Below, piece after piece: positions 1-11,620 of a stretch of DNA of 64,000 nt. The stretch spans positions 992,001 to 1,056,000 of the forward strand of contig NC_135759.1 of NCBI RefSeq assembly GCF_052425735.1, given 5' to 3'. The notes under the pieces were generated by a model, which saw only the letters and a program-made list of their open reading frames with translations, did not search any database and was not told where the DNA came from. The stretch is from Oculina patagonica (Eukaryota). A program made the position numbers and the translations under genes. Numbering within the stretch: position 1 is the first letter of the stretch; each line of letters opens with the position of its first letter.

Positions 1-1966
1 CACTGATGACAGCCGACAGACAGAAGTGGGACAAGGTTGAGGGCGTGTCCAGAGAACCTACAACAGACGGAATCGTAACACCGAGATAACATCTGTCTGC
101 TAACAGAATTTTCTATTTTTTTTTCACATTCAAAACGGAAATAGTATAAAGGCGACAGAATTGCGCTCTAATTATCATTGTAAAAAGCATCAGTATTTTG
201 TATTCTTTTCATTGTCGCTAAGTAAAAGATCACTGTTGGTAGAAATTGACTCTGAAAATAATTACATCTGGTTTAGAAAAGTGTCAATCAATTGAAGTAC
301 CAATTTTTATTAGGCTTGTATTCGGAATGTAAGAGACATGTTTTGTATTTATATTTTGTATGCATCTCCTAGCATTGTAAGACTGAAATGTACGTACATA
401 GGATACCAAAGCTTGAGAGTACTTTCAGCTTGGAAAATGTTATATCTTGCAATGGAGATCAGACTGCTTTTAGAAGCCAACAACACTAATAAAGCGTTCT
501 TAGTATTTTGGGGATATGTACAGATAAGACTATGTATTTTATGTTTCTTACAATAAACATGAAACTCACTATTTGGGGTTGGTGTATATACTCCTTAAAA
601 ATTCGTTAATTATATTCGTGATCTCTTTTACCTTGATTGCTTACTCCAACATTTTCCTTTTTGTTTAAAAGAAAATGATCTAGAGGTTATTTATTAAAGC
701 TCAAGAAATATTTGTTTGTTTGTAGCCGTTAGTCCATTACAATAGAGTGAGACATTTTTTGTAAAAATATTTTAGAAAAATGCGTTAAAAAATATTTGTG
801 CTAATTTAAAACATTGCGCTATGGAAAAACGAACAAACAAAAAAGAAACAAAACAAACAAGAACTTTCTGTGTCAGTAACACCTCTTGCAGATAATACAT
901 TATTTGGTTGCAAAACAACTTCATGTTATTGCTAAACATACAAAAGAAACATCTCCACAGGCGAGCAGAACACGAACAAAGATATTCGACTTTCAAAAGT
1001 TATGACATTGACTAATATGGGAACGCCAAGCTCAAGGTAATCCGTAGCGAATTGAATTACATGTGTCATTTTCATATATAGTTCATTGAGTTGAAAAGCT
1101 TTTTAAACCTATTCATTCTGCCCATTTAATTATGTATGGCGGTCCAAACTTATTACAAAACGCCTTTGTCCTTATTCACATGATATTTTTTTAAGGAGGA
1201 AAAAAGATTTTTAGATTTTTCTCAAAGAGTTCATTTCTGCAATGTAAATGGAAAATATTTTGGAGTTGATTAAAACTTCCGAACAATATTTTGTTAATGT
1301 TGGAGAATACCAAAGGTGGATATAAACTTTTTCAAAGCGGCGTAATCAGAATGGTTAGGGCAGAATTTGGTTGAACATTTTCTCAACATTAAATTCCCAT
1401 CTGCAATTTGTTTGTCGGTTCGTTTGTTTTTCATTGATGGACTACCACGACAGTTGGCAGTGATCCCAGTGTTTTGTTTGGGACATGTTTATTTCTAACA
1501 TCCAATGCCTGCAGGGACATATTCCACTTTTCACATATGCCGGAAGATAAATTACGTTTGTTTACTTTTACTTCTTATGATTCGGCACTAATTGAAATTA
1601 ACTTTTGGAAAGTAAGTTTTCGTTAAAGAAAAAAAACTTCTCTTTGCTTAGTACAATTACCCATGTAGGTAAAGTATTAAGAAAAAGTGAATATCGAATA
1701 GATCGAATATGATCATAAGTAACTTTACTCGTGTTTGAATTCTCGCTTTTATTTGTAGGGATTAGGTGTTCCTTAATTACGAACTTCAGATGATCTTCTA
1801 ATAACATATCACATCTTTCTTTTCTCCCAGCATCAATTATTTACGCGACTTTGCTGAAAGGACTTTAAGAGCGACGTGTACGGTTTACTTTAAGTCAACT
1901 TACGGGAATTTAATTTGCCACCTCTTTTCTATCAATATCAAGGAAGAACCTGACTTATCTAAAAAT

Positions 1967-4900
1967 ATGGCTTTTACGCTCTCACGAAATAAGGTTCAAA
2001 ACTTAGACGGAACAAACGAAGGGCGCCAACCTGCACGTGAAAGCCTCGGTTCCTTCTTAGAAGCCACTTCCTTACACGGAGCTCGATTTCTGCCAACTGG
2101 GTACGTTATCAGAAGAGTTATTTGGACTCTGGCTCTCGTCTCGTGTTTTGGTTTGTGCATCCATCAAGTTTACGACACGGTTAAAGCTTTTTATGAGCGA
2201 CCTTTCAACACGAAAATAACCACGAAGACAGCGAACGACACCACGGTTATTCCATTTCCTGCAGTGACACTTTGTAATTTCAATTTTGTGAACAAACGAA
2301 AGTTGAAGAAATGTTTTTAAAAGCGTCAACTTTAGCAACGAAGAAATTGATCAGAAACTTAAAACTATGGAAAAGATGATAGCGGGTTCAAAAGATGTCT
2401 TGAGTAACGAATCGCAACAACGCAATCCTGAATTGTTTATCCAAAATTACGGTGGAGTCTCAGAAAACGATAATGTTATTAACACAGTTTATTCCCCGTA
2501 TGGAAGATATGCTGCTTCCAAGTTCGATATTTCAATCTTGCTTTATTAACGGAAGAGCTTGTGGATTCAAGGACTTTACCCCGGTGGCAAATTCAATTTA
2601 TGGTCTGTGCCACACATTCAATTCGGGACGTGATGGACGTCCCTTGATAAATGCCACACTAGCCGGCCAGGCGACGGGCTTGAAGCTGTTGTTAAACATC
2701 GAGAGAGATAGTTATCTGGACAATCCATTAACACCATTCGTTGGTATTGCAGTCCTGGTGCACGATCAGCATACCTTTCCTCTTCATGCAACCGGATAGT
2801 TTTGCCGTTCAGCCTGGTCATCATACTCTCTGCTCGATAAAAAGGAAAAAGGTATGAAGATGATGCCTGCCTCATGTTGTACTGTGCACTTATTTAATTT
2901 AAAAAAAAAAATAAATTAAAAAATGCCATTAATTAAGATGCACAATTCAAACGTTCGAGCCTTGATATTCCCTTCATGTATGCGATGACACGCTAAATCC
3001 GATACACACGTGCGCCTAGCCACTTCATAAATACCGGACATGACCACTGAGCACTTTCCATGGAGGAATTTTAATAATTCCGGGTGATGTTCTCTTTATA
3101 ATGTCAACCCTGTGAATGCGACCGCTTCGGCTTGTTGGCTTACCGCGGCAACTGCTAAATCTCGCAAACGCCCCAGTAAACCTGTAAATTTCAGGAGTAG
3201 CGGTAGGCAAGGAGACACGATTGCATTGCAGGCTGTATATGAAGTCATATTAACTTAATAGTTCAATGTCCAACGGCTTTTTATCAAATGATTGACTTTT
3301 CTTTCACAGATAATGAATTTGCCACTACCATATTCAACAAACTGCTCTAACGAAAACCTGTTCATGTTTCGTAACACTGGATACAAGTACTCCAAGCCGG
3401 CCTGTTTGACGGAATGTCTGAGCGAGTATGTTATCAGAAAATGCGGTTGTCGCCCTGTAGAATATCCCGGTAAGACAATGACCTCCTTAAGAAGCTTCGT
3501 TATAATGTATTAAGCCATTTTTACGATGTGCAATATACATGTACCTTGAAATGGAAGGAAATTTCAAATAGTTAAAAAAAATAAAAAAAACGCCTAAGAG
3601 GTGATTAAACAAGCCGATTAAAGGAAAAAACATGGCTAAAATTGGAAATGGTAGAGACATTACGAACGGCGGACTTGAGAACTGTAGGCCATTTTTTTTT
3701 CAAAAGAGCCAAAAAAGTGCTTACGTGATCTCCTTTGTATTTATAACTGTCCTTCGACCCTATGGTGGATTTAAAATCCGATTTACTAGGGAATCTCCGC
3801 ACCGATCTAGATGACTGGAAGGACTAAACTAAACTAGATGATCTCATGTCTCAACTAAGGGAGACTAACTAATGAAGAGGTAATTTTGCGAAATGGTACT
3901 AAGTGCATGTTTCAGTACGTCGATATATGCAACGTGAAAGTAACGACGTACCTCATCACGGCGTATCTGATTTGGATAGCATGTCGTGGACGATAATCTA
4001 TGCATGCGCTAACACAACTTCATAAATTGTTCCTTAGATCAAACGATTCCACTTTGCGCCCCCAAAGACCTCATACTTTGTGTGGTTCCTGAAACTGGTA
4101 AGTGCAATTTTGCAATTTAGAAAAGAAATAAACCTCGAGTGAGTGCTTTTAGAGCAGGAAATCAAGAGAAGTCATTGGATGAACCACAGTAGCGAAAACT
4201 AGATCAAATGATGGTCGTTCGGTCGGTTGGTTGGTCAATCGGCCGATCGTTCTGCCAGTCTATCCGTTCGTTCGTTGGTCTGTCTGTCTTTCTGTCTGTT
4301 TGTCTGTCGGTCTGCCTGTTTGTCTGTCTATCTGTCTGTCTGTCTGTCAGTCTGTCTGACTGTCTGTCTGCCAGGTGGTCAGTCAGTTAGTAGGTCCGTC
4401 TTCACACCCATCCATCCGTCAGTCGGTCCAGCAGTTGGTCGGTCAGCAGTCAATGAGTCAGTCGTCGGGGTCGATTGATTGATCGGTCAGTCGTATAGAA
4501 GAAAATACATTCACTGATTTCTTCATTCCAATTCAGAATTCATCATCTTAGCTGTCAGTTATTTTTGCAATACATCGTCTTATTTATTTACTCTGTCCTG
4601 TTTCAGAATTGTATTAAATCGTCTCATTTATTTATTTACTTATTCCTCTCTGTTTAGAAATATTTGCTACATCAAAAGAGAAGGACGCCTGTAAGAAGAA
4701 CTGTCAACAGCCTTGCGAGCACACGGAGTACGAAACGTCTTTGTCTAACGCCGGCCTACAAAGGGATGTTTTCATCAAGAAACTAAGTTCATCTCCCAAC
4801 GTTACTGTTGATTTTCCATTTTACAAAAACTTCATGAATATGTCATATTCTGAGAAGAAGGAGTACATAGAGTAAGTCAGTTAAAAAACCCCTGAAGGAT

Positions 4901-5656
4901 TGGGAAGCTTGGTTAAACGATAGTAAAGCGATGTGTCTTTTTATCGTGCTCGAGATCTGATGGTGTAGATACATATTAGTATCCTAGCAGTGTTTTCTTT
5001 TTTTTCTTCCGACAGTGACAACATCGTTTCCTTGGACGTTTATTTTGGAGATCTTAGCTATGATGAGATTGAGCAAACTCCAGTGTTTGAAACATGGACC
5101 TTGATATGTAAGTGACTTTGGCAAGGCCATTTGAGAGAATTCGAAATATTCTGCAGACTCTAGCGACAGAAAAAAATGGAGGAGAAACAGGAAAAAAATG
5201 ACATAATAAAATTAACAATCGAACGAATGAGAATAAAAAAATGAAAGGTAAAGAAGAAGAGTTGTTTCATAACCGAGCCTGAAATGAAGGAAGGAAAGAA
5301 TCAACCAGAAACTGATTAGAAATGTATAAAAAGTCTTGTACATGTAATAACGGCAGAGAAGAAGGTGAATCAAAGACATTATTACTGAGCTTTTGTTGAA
5401 AATTCAAGCGATTGCAAAGAAGGTATAAAAACAATTATTAAGGCTCCAACATGATTTGTATCTACATAATGGAAATAAATAAACAGCTGACTGGATGAAT
5501 CGATGAATGAAAGAACAATCAACCAACTCTGTTATTTTTCTTTCAGCAAATTTGGGTGGAAATTTTGGCCTCTTTCTCGGCATGAGTATTCTCACAGTTC
5601 TAGAATTCATCGACTTCGCCTTTAGAAGAATTTGGTTTATCGTCTGGAAACATTAA
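1967..5656 (+). pseudogene. DEG/ENaC (ASIC-like) channel copy 1, most divergent paralog, with three frameshifts in exon 1
   Basis: Exons 1967-2851, 3310-3469, 4038-4097, 4658-4871, 5016-5107, 5547-5656, all GT-AG. Motifs TSLHGARF, FPAVTLCN, GLCHTFN, CGC, CQQPC, SNLGGNFGLFLGMS. Exon 1 is split over three ORFs (frameshifts near 2315, 2495, 2785). These may be assembly indels. Confidence 0.85.
4210..4495. repeat. Degenerate (TCTG/TCGG)n tetranucleotide microsatellite in intron 3 of copy 1
   Basis: Runs of tctgtctgtctg, gtcggtcgg and tcagtcag. Confidence 0.9.
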
Positions 5657-5730
5657 GACAAAGAAGAATAAGGAGACTTCGCCTTTGCTTCATCTTCTGG
5701 AAACAGTAAGACAAAGAAGAATGAGGAGAC
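5612..5730 (+). repeat. Imperfect tandem duplication of the C-terminal/stop-codon region of copy 1
   Basis: GACTTCGCCTTT...TCTGGAAACA(T/G)TAAGACAAAGAAGAAT(A/G)AGGAGAC starts at 5612 and again at 5675. Confidence 0.8.
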
Positions 5731-6959
5731 CATGTACCAGAACAAGCAATCATTGAAGTATAACAGTGTTATGGCGATCGCCCGAGCTCGGTCCCTGAAA
5801 CAGTCCGCCGTATTTTTTGCGCTCCCAAATCCATTAAAGCACACAGTTGGTCTCACGCTTGCATCATTCACATGGAACTCATGTTGCATGAGCAGAATTA
5901 TCTTAGATATGAGATAGCAGAGTCTAAATCCTGTTATAATATACTGTGACCGTAGTGCTGACCGCTTTAAGAATACTTAGAATCTGAGAATGTAATGTAG
6001 TAAACGCACCAGCAATAACACTTTGTCGTACGGTGAAACTAATTTATTCTTAACGACACGAATTCAAACTTGACACAATTACCGGTGGTTTCTAGGACAT
6101 AAATAAGAAAATATATTACACTTCAGACTGAAAACGGCAGAGATGACGGAATACAACAAAGGAAATACGTACAAACGAAAGAAACGACATTTACCTGACG
6201 ATAAGGATAGTTTACGTGAACTTGCATTGAACGTGAACTTAAACTTGAACTAGTAGAACGTTGAAACAAATATACATAAAGAGCGCGAAAACTTATCATA
6301 TATGTACATATCCGCGGTGGGCTGGGCCGAGTTCACGGCCGTAAGGGATTGTTTCTAACATGTAATTTATTTGTTTGTTTGTTTGTTTGTTTACCATGGT
6401 GAAGCGGAGAGGCGAGAAAAAAAAGCAGAGAATCATTAATTAGAGAGTTTTGTCTCAAAGTAGTACAAAGTTTTCTGATCTAACATTAAAATAAAAGTAT
6501 AAAAAATGATACTGTGGTTTTACATTCCATAATTATAACTTTTAAATATCTTAACTCTGCTTTCAATAGACTTCAAGATGTTAAGCTATGCATCGTTAAA
6601 AGGAGGGATGGCTGTAATATTTATGCTTTAGGTTTGTGTCCTATCAACGCTTTGTGTTTCTACTGAAAGAGAATTGTAACTGATACATGCATGTTTTTTG
6701 CTCAGATACAATCACCACGGACGAAACAATGAGACAAGCGGACGTGAGACTCCTTGTGGTCAACACTTCAAAACAAATGAAAACAACAAAGAGAAACTCA
6801 ACTTTTAATAAATTGGAAATAACTGAATATGTTATCAAATATTAATGATGTGAAACGATGCATCTGCCAGAGGGAGTAGTCGATTAGATCCTTAACATAT
6901 CCTTTTTTCTCTTAAAATAATGAGTTGACATGGAGTTGTACAGAACTACTCTTCTCTGT

Positions 6960-7053
6960 TCAGTCTTCTTCAGGACGTAGAATGCCTGGTGGCACAAAGG
7001 GCTTCCGTCAGGGTTCTCCACTTTTGCCGGTCCTCTGCCTGTTGTCTCACTGT
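6960..7053 (-). mobile_element. 3' fragment of an RTE-like non-LTR retrotransposon
   Basis: Minus strand reads TVRQQAEDRQKWRTLTEALCATRH..EED*, resembling the C-terminal A.DR..WR....ALC motif of RTE-clade ORFs (recognised from memory). Confidence 0.5.
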
Positions 7054-8859
7054 ACAGAACCATTAGAATAATAAAAATAAAAACCCTGCCATGATCAAGA
7101 TTTAAATGTGGCTCAAGTGAAGAGTTGAAAATTACTTTTAAAAGACCCAATGAGAGCAAAACAATCTCCATACAAATAATAGCAATATAATAAAGTCTAC
7201 AGAGGTAATGACTATAACTATAAGACAGTGGGTGAATTATTATGTAGCTTTGTTTATTTATAACAGTTTCCATAGAGACAATAGTAAAAATAAAGGAGCC
7301 TAGTTTTTTAAAATGATATAATTAAATTTCAAATCCCTTAAAAATCTCATAGACAGGATGATATTTTGTTAAAAAAAAATATCTCAAATACAATAGTAAA
7401 CTGGTAAGCTACCAACACTAATTTTTAAGAAAATACCCGTGGGTAAGAACATATGGGATTTACTCATGAAAACATTGCGCCTTAACAGACTTCAATAAAA
7501 GCCGAATTTGCATTTCGGTATCGGCAGGAAAACAAAAGCTACAAAGCTAAACTGATTAAAATGACTCAATTCCTTATTTTAAAATAGACGTTTCGCAGAC
7601 GTCCTAATGTCCTCGATGAAATTTAATTAAAAGAGAAGTGCATTAAATAATTAAGCCTTTTCTGTATAAAGAAAATTTATTACGTTCCTGTGACATGATT
7701 TACATAACAGTAGTCTATTATAAACAACACGTCTGATGCCGGGGTCTGATGATTTCCTACCTTTATCAAAACACGGTTAAAAATGAATTAGTTCTTGAAG
7801 GCAGAACGTCGCCGTGGATAGAAGGGCTTCCCGGTATTAAAAAATTTACTCTCAGCCAAGCACGATTCTCGCCTTCTTTAAAATCCGGTTAAAAAGCAGA
7901 GCGATCCAGTGATGGATTTCAAAAAGCAAAGTGTTGGGATAACTGACCCGTACGAACTCCATCGAAGTAGCGAAGACAACAAAGATAAAAAATCAAGCGC
8001 CGACCATCGTGAAATGGAAGAATTAAAATCCTTCGCACAAGAAACAACACTACATGGGGCTCGGTATTTGTTCGCTGACAACTTCTTCAGAAGACTGTTG
8101 TGGACTTTAGCAGTTGCATCGTGCCTCGGTTATTGCACTTTTCAAGTTTACTCTTGTGTGATTGCATTTAATAAGCGGCCTTTCAACACGAAAATAACAA
8201 CTAACATCAGTACAGATGGCAGCGAGCTTACATTCCCTGCTGTAACTCTGTGCAATCTCAATTCCTTCAGCACTCGCAGATTCAGACAAAAATCTTCATT
8301 TAACAAATCATCAATCGAGAGAAAACTTATAGACATGACCCTTTTGTCAATGGGATCGAAAGAGATATTAAGCGAAGAGTTCAGAAAACGCAATCCAGGA
8401 CTTTTTCGTCGCCCAAATACGACCAACAACAGACAGATGAGCCGAGGCTTTTTCAGTCATCAAATAAACGAAATGATTTTACCAAGTAGCTCTCAGTTCC
8501 AATCTTGCTCCATCAATGGAATGCACTGTGACGCAAGTAACTTTACTAGCTTCCTAAGCCCCATGTTTGGAAAGTGCTACACGTTTAATTCTGCAGAAGG
8601 TGACAAATCATTGCTTCATGCCACATTGGCCGGCCAAAACAGTGGTTTGAAGCTTCGACTTAGTATCGAACGGGACAGCCATTTGCCAAATACAATAAAC
8701 CCCTTTGTAGGGCTTGCAATTTTGATACACGATCAAAAGACATTCCCTATTGCGGAAGAGTTTGGCATTAAAATTCAACCAGGCGTCTCGACCCTTTGTG
8801 CCATAAAAAGAAGAAAGGTGAGTGCAGAAAATTATGTATTATAAATAATCCATTTGCCA

Positions 8860-9089
8860 GCAAATCAACCAATCTACCAGTAAGAAAGCCACTCAATGAG
8901 TCAGCCACCCCAGTCGGCCGGCCAGCCAGCTAGAAAGAAAGACAGACAGACAGACAGACAAACTGACGGACGGACAGACAGACAGCCATCCAGCTAGCCT
9001 ACTTCTAGCCTACTAGCCAACCAGCCAGCCAGCTATAGCTAGCCATGCCACCAAAAAGCCAGCCAGCTATTAGCTAGCCATGCCACCAC

Positions 9090-9130
<41 letters not shown>

Positions 9131-9268
9131 TATTAGCTAGCGATGCCACCAAAAAGCCAGCCAGCTATTAGCTAGCCATGCCACCACCCACCCAGCCAGC
9201 CAGCTATTAGCTAGCCATGCCACCACCCAACCAGCCAGCCAGCTATAGGTAGCTATGCCACCACCAGA
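8860..9268. repeat. (CCAG/GACA)n microsatellite plus ~41-bp minisatellite in intron 1 of copy 2
   Basis: Repeated unit GCCAGCCAGCTATTAGCTAGCCATGCCACCA at 9020-9265. Similar CCAT/CCAG/GGCA tracts occupy intron 1 of most copies. Confidence 0.9.
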
Positions 9269-9950
9269 ATAATTTCGCTTTAGAATGTAACTCTGTTTTA
9301 TAAATATCATATCATTTTCTTGCAGATAATTAACCTGGAACATCCGTATGCGACCAACTGCACAAAAAGATCCCTTGATGTGTTCAACAGCCACTCTTAC
9401 ACGTCCTATACTAAAGAAGCTTGTCTGGTGAAATGTCGCAATGATTACACTATCAAAACCTGCGGCTGTACTCCACCTGAATTTAAAGGTATAAAACAGT
9501 TTTCCCTAACAAGGCTGCATTGCTCACCCAACTAATGATTTCAAGACCTTACAAGGGTTTACCTCGCTGTTAAAAGTTTGTTTTGGAGCTATTTTTTCCT
9601 GCTCCGTATTGTTTAGAGGTCCTTTGTTGTCTTGGTCGTTCTTTGTTTTAGATCACTGGTGAGTTTCACAGGTTTTTACACCGAGGATGAGCCCCTCACA
9701 AAGTTATATTGGGATGTCATGTTTAGCATTTAACTCCCAAAGTTAAACATCGAAGTCGGATACTTAAATAACATGGCCCCTTTTTTCAAAAGAAAAAAAT
9801 CATCCCTTTCTTTGGAGAATTGTACGTATATTCAACCAAAAATCAGTGATTGTACAGTACATGGACGATTCTAATACATCATGCTCCCAAATTTTTTTTT
9901 ACTCCTAGGAGTGGAATGCTATAAAAAACCATAGTATAATAATAATAATT

Positions 9951-10350
9951 AACAATTATTGGATGAGGTTGAGCATGATAGCGATAATTATCAAGGCCAA
10001 AGTTTCTGTTATCTGCCGAAGCCGAAGGCTGAGGCGGATAACAGAAACTGAGGCCTTGATAATTATCGCTATCATGCGAAAACCGAATCCAATAATTGTT
10101 TTATTATGCACATTCCTGAGCTGCACTTGTAAAGACAAGAGCGAACACAAACTTTATTGTTTATATACTTTTATAAGCTTACAACCTTTCGTCCCTTCTG
10201 CATGCATAAAACTATTGTCTGTAGGTATGACGTCACTTCTACATATGTAAAATCTAATGTCTGTAGGTATGACGTAAGAGAAACAGCAAGCAAGAATTAG
10301 CTGCGTGCTTATAGCCAATCAAAATCAAGCTGGTGACACCAATGTATAAT
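9951..10350. mobile_element. Non-autonomous palindromic element (150-bp terminal hairpin) inserted in an (AAT)n tract
   Basis: 9951-10100 is a near-perfect inverted repeat (AACAATTATTGGAT...ATCCAATAATTGTT). The element ends in CAATGTATAAT. A related copy lies at 59897-60439. Confidence 0.7.
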
Positions 10351-11378
10351 AATAATGTTTAATAGACACTCATTGCAGTATAACTGAATTACAGAGTAAA
10401 AAACAAGCTAAGGTATAAATATGAACTATTATAAACAAGCTAGTTCGAGATTAATAGCGAAAAGTGACGAAGTCCTGAGAACGCTTCGTTCTGCAAGACT
10501 TGACGGTGCTACGACTTGTGCCGGATCTTAAGTCGTAGTTATGTACAATCTCCTCACATCGAGGCAAAAGAAAATGAAGAGGGCTATTTACATCCTGAAG
10601 TTTACAGACATACTGCCGGCAAAGATCGATGTTGGCGCCGTTCCCTCAATGAAGTGAGGCCGAGCAGCCGTAATGCCTCCTTGTAGTCGAGGGAAGGACA
10701 AATAATAAACATGGCTCTCTTCTGGACTCTCTCGATATTATTATCCAAAAAGTCAGGAATGTTCTGCCAGACAGGGGCGGCATATTCTAAAATAGGACGC
10801 ACTATTGTAACAAATACTTTGGCTAATGCTACCGGCGTGGCACCACATTGCTTTAGTATCCTTAGGGAAAAGAGTCTTTTGTTCGCTTTTTTTTAAAACA
10901 ATATAGTCTATGTGGTAGTCCCATTTTAAGTCGCTGCTGATGTAAACCCCAAGGAGTTTGTATTTTAAGGTTTGTTCAATTACGTTATTTCCAAGTATAA
11001 TAGGATTAATTACGAAATTATGGTTACTCATAAAAATTGATCAACATTTCGTTGCATTTAGAAGGATTAAGCTTCATCATGTCCTCGTTTGAAAATTCAA
11101 AAATATCGTTGGCAGCAAAGTTAAGCAAGCTTACACTATTTCTAGGGATGATTTCTAAGGCTGTTGTGTCATCGACAAACCTAATTCTAAGGTTCCAATA
11201 GTCATAATAGAGAATAGAATTACTCCCAACTTGGTGCCTTAGGGGATACTTCCCTTAGGGGTCTTCCAATCAGACACAGTGCTCCCGATTCTCACAGCCT
11301 GGGTTCGATTGCTTAGGAAGGCCTTAATCCAATTCACCAAAACGGGGTGCACGTCCAATTTCTCTAATTCCTTTCTAG
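10351..11378 (-). mobile_element. 5'-truncated, degenerate CR1/L2-type LINE reverse-transcriptase fragment in intron 2 of copy 2
   Basis: Minus-strand peptides WIKAFLSNRTQAVRIG, GSIP*GTKLG, RFVDDTT, KLLGVYISSDLKW, RPILEYAAPVW, IERVQKRA, with stops and frameshifts. The 3' end runs into an (ATT)n tail. Absent from the other copies. Confidence 0.9.
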
Positions 11379-11439
11379 TAGCAGGAAGGTGCTCCAGAAT
11401 TAAGATCATACCTTAAACAAGCAATGTGGATGTAACTTT

Positions 11440-11620
11440 TGAGCCTTTACTTGGAAACCAAACGTGACTGTTCGATCGCTATTGAGCATGTCTTTCATGC
11501 ATGTAGTATATTGTACAGTGGACGAAACCTTAGTGCGTGACTATCCAAATATTAAAGCTACTGAGCAGCACTTTCATTTGGTAATGCTTATTATGCTGCA
11601 CATGGTGGTTCTTACTTTAC
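11440..11620. repeat. Degenerate ~95-bp satellite-like unit in intron 2, inherited by copies 2-7
   Basis: GTGGACGAAACCTTAGTGCGTGACTAT...AAAGCTACTGAGCAGCACTTTCAT...GGTGGTTCTTACTT. Homologs near 17350-17570, 24370-24530, 32555-32710, 38570-38720 and 46430-46580. Resembles a common coral interspersed repeat (from memory). Confidence 0.55.

Noticed and set aside
1-110. CTGATGA at position 3 as a hammerhead core
   Set aside because: No stem II/GAAA follows at a suitable distance, and the sequence is truncated by the window edge.
2300-2800. Programmed ribosomal frameshifting to rescue copy 1
   Set aside because: It would need three independent events, and no consistent slippery site or stimulatory structure is seen.
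3025-3210. GC-richer 61-aa minus-strand ORF in intron 1 of copy 1
   Set aside because: No recognisable motif or splice structure; cannot be supported.
8107-8429. Recurrent antisense ORFs over exon 1 in several copies
   Set aside because: Shadow ORFs of the conserved sense frame; starts and lengths are not consistent.
9020-9268. ORF 9137-9394 (-) with repeated SWLAGWVVAWLAN, and similar ORFs at 4208-4478, 16587-16857 and 37734-38006
   Set aside because: Translations of intronic micro/minisatellites.
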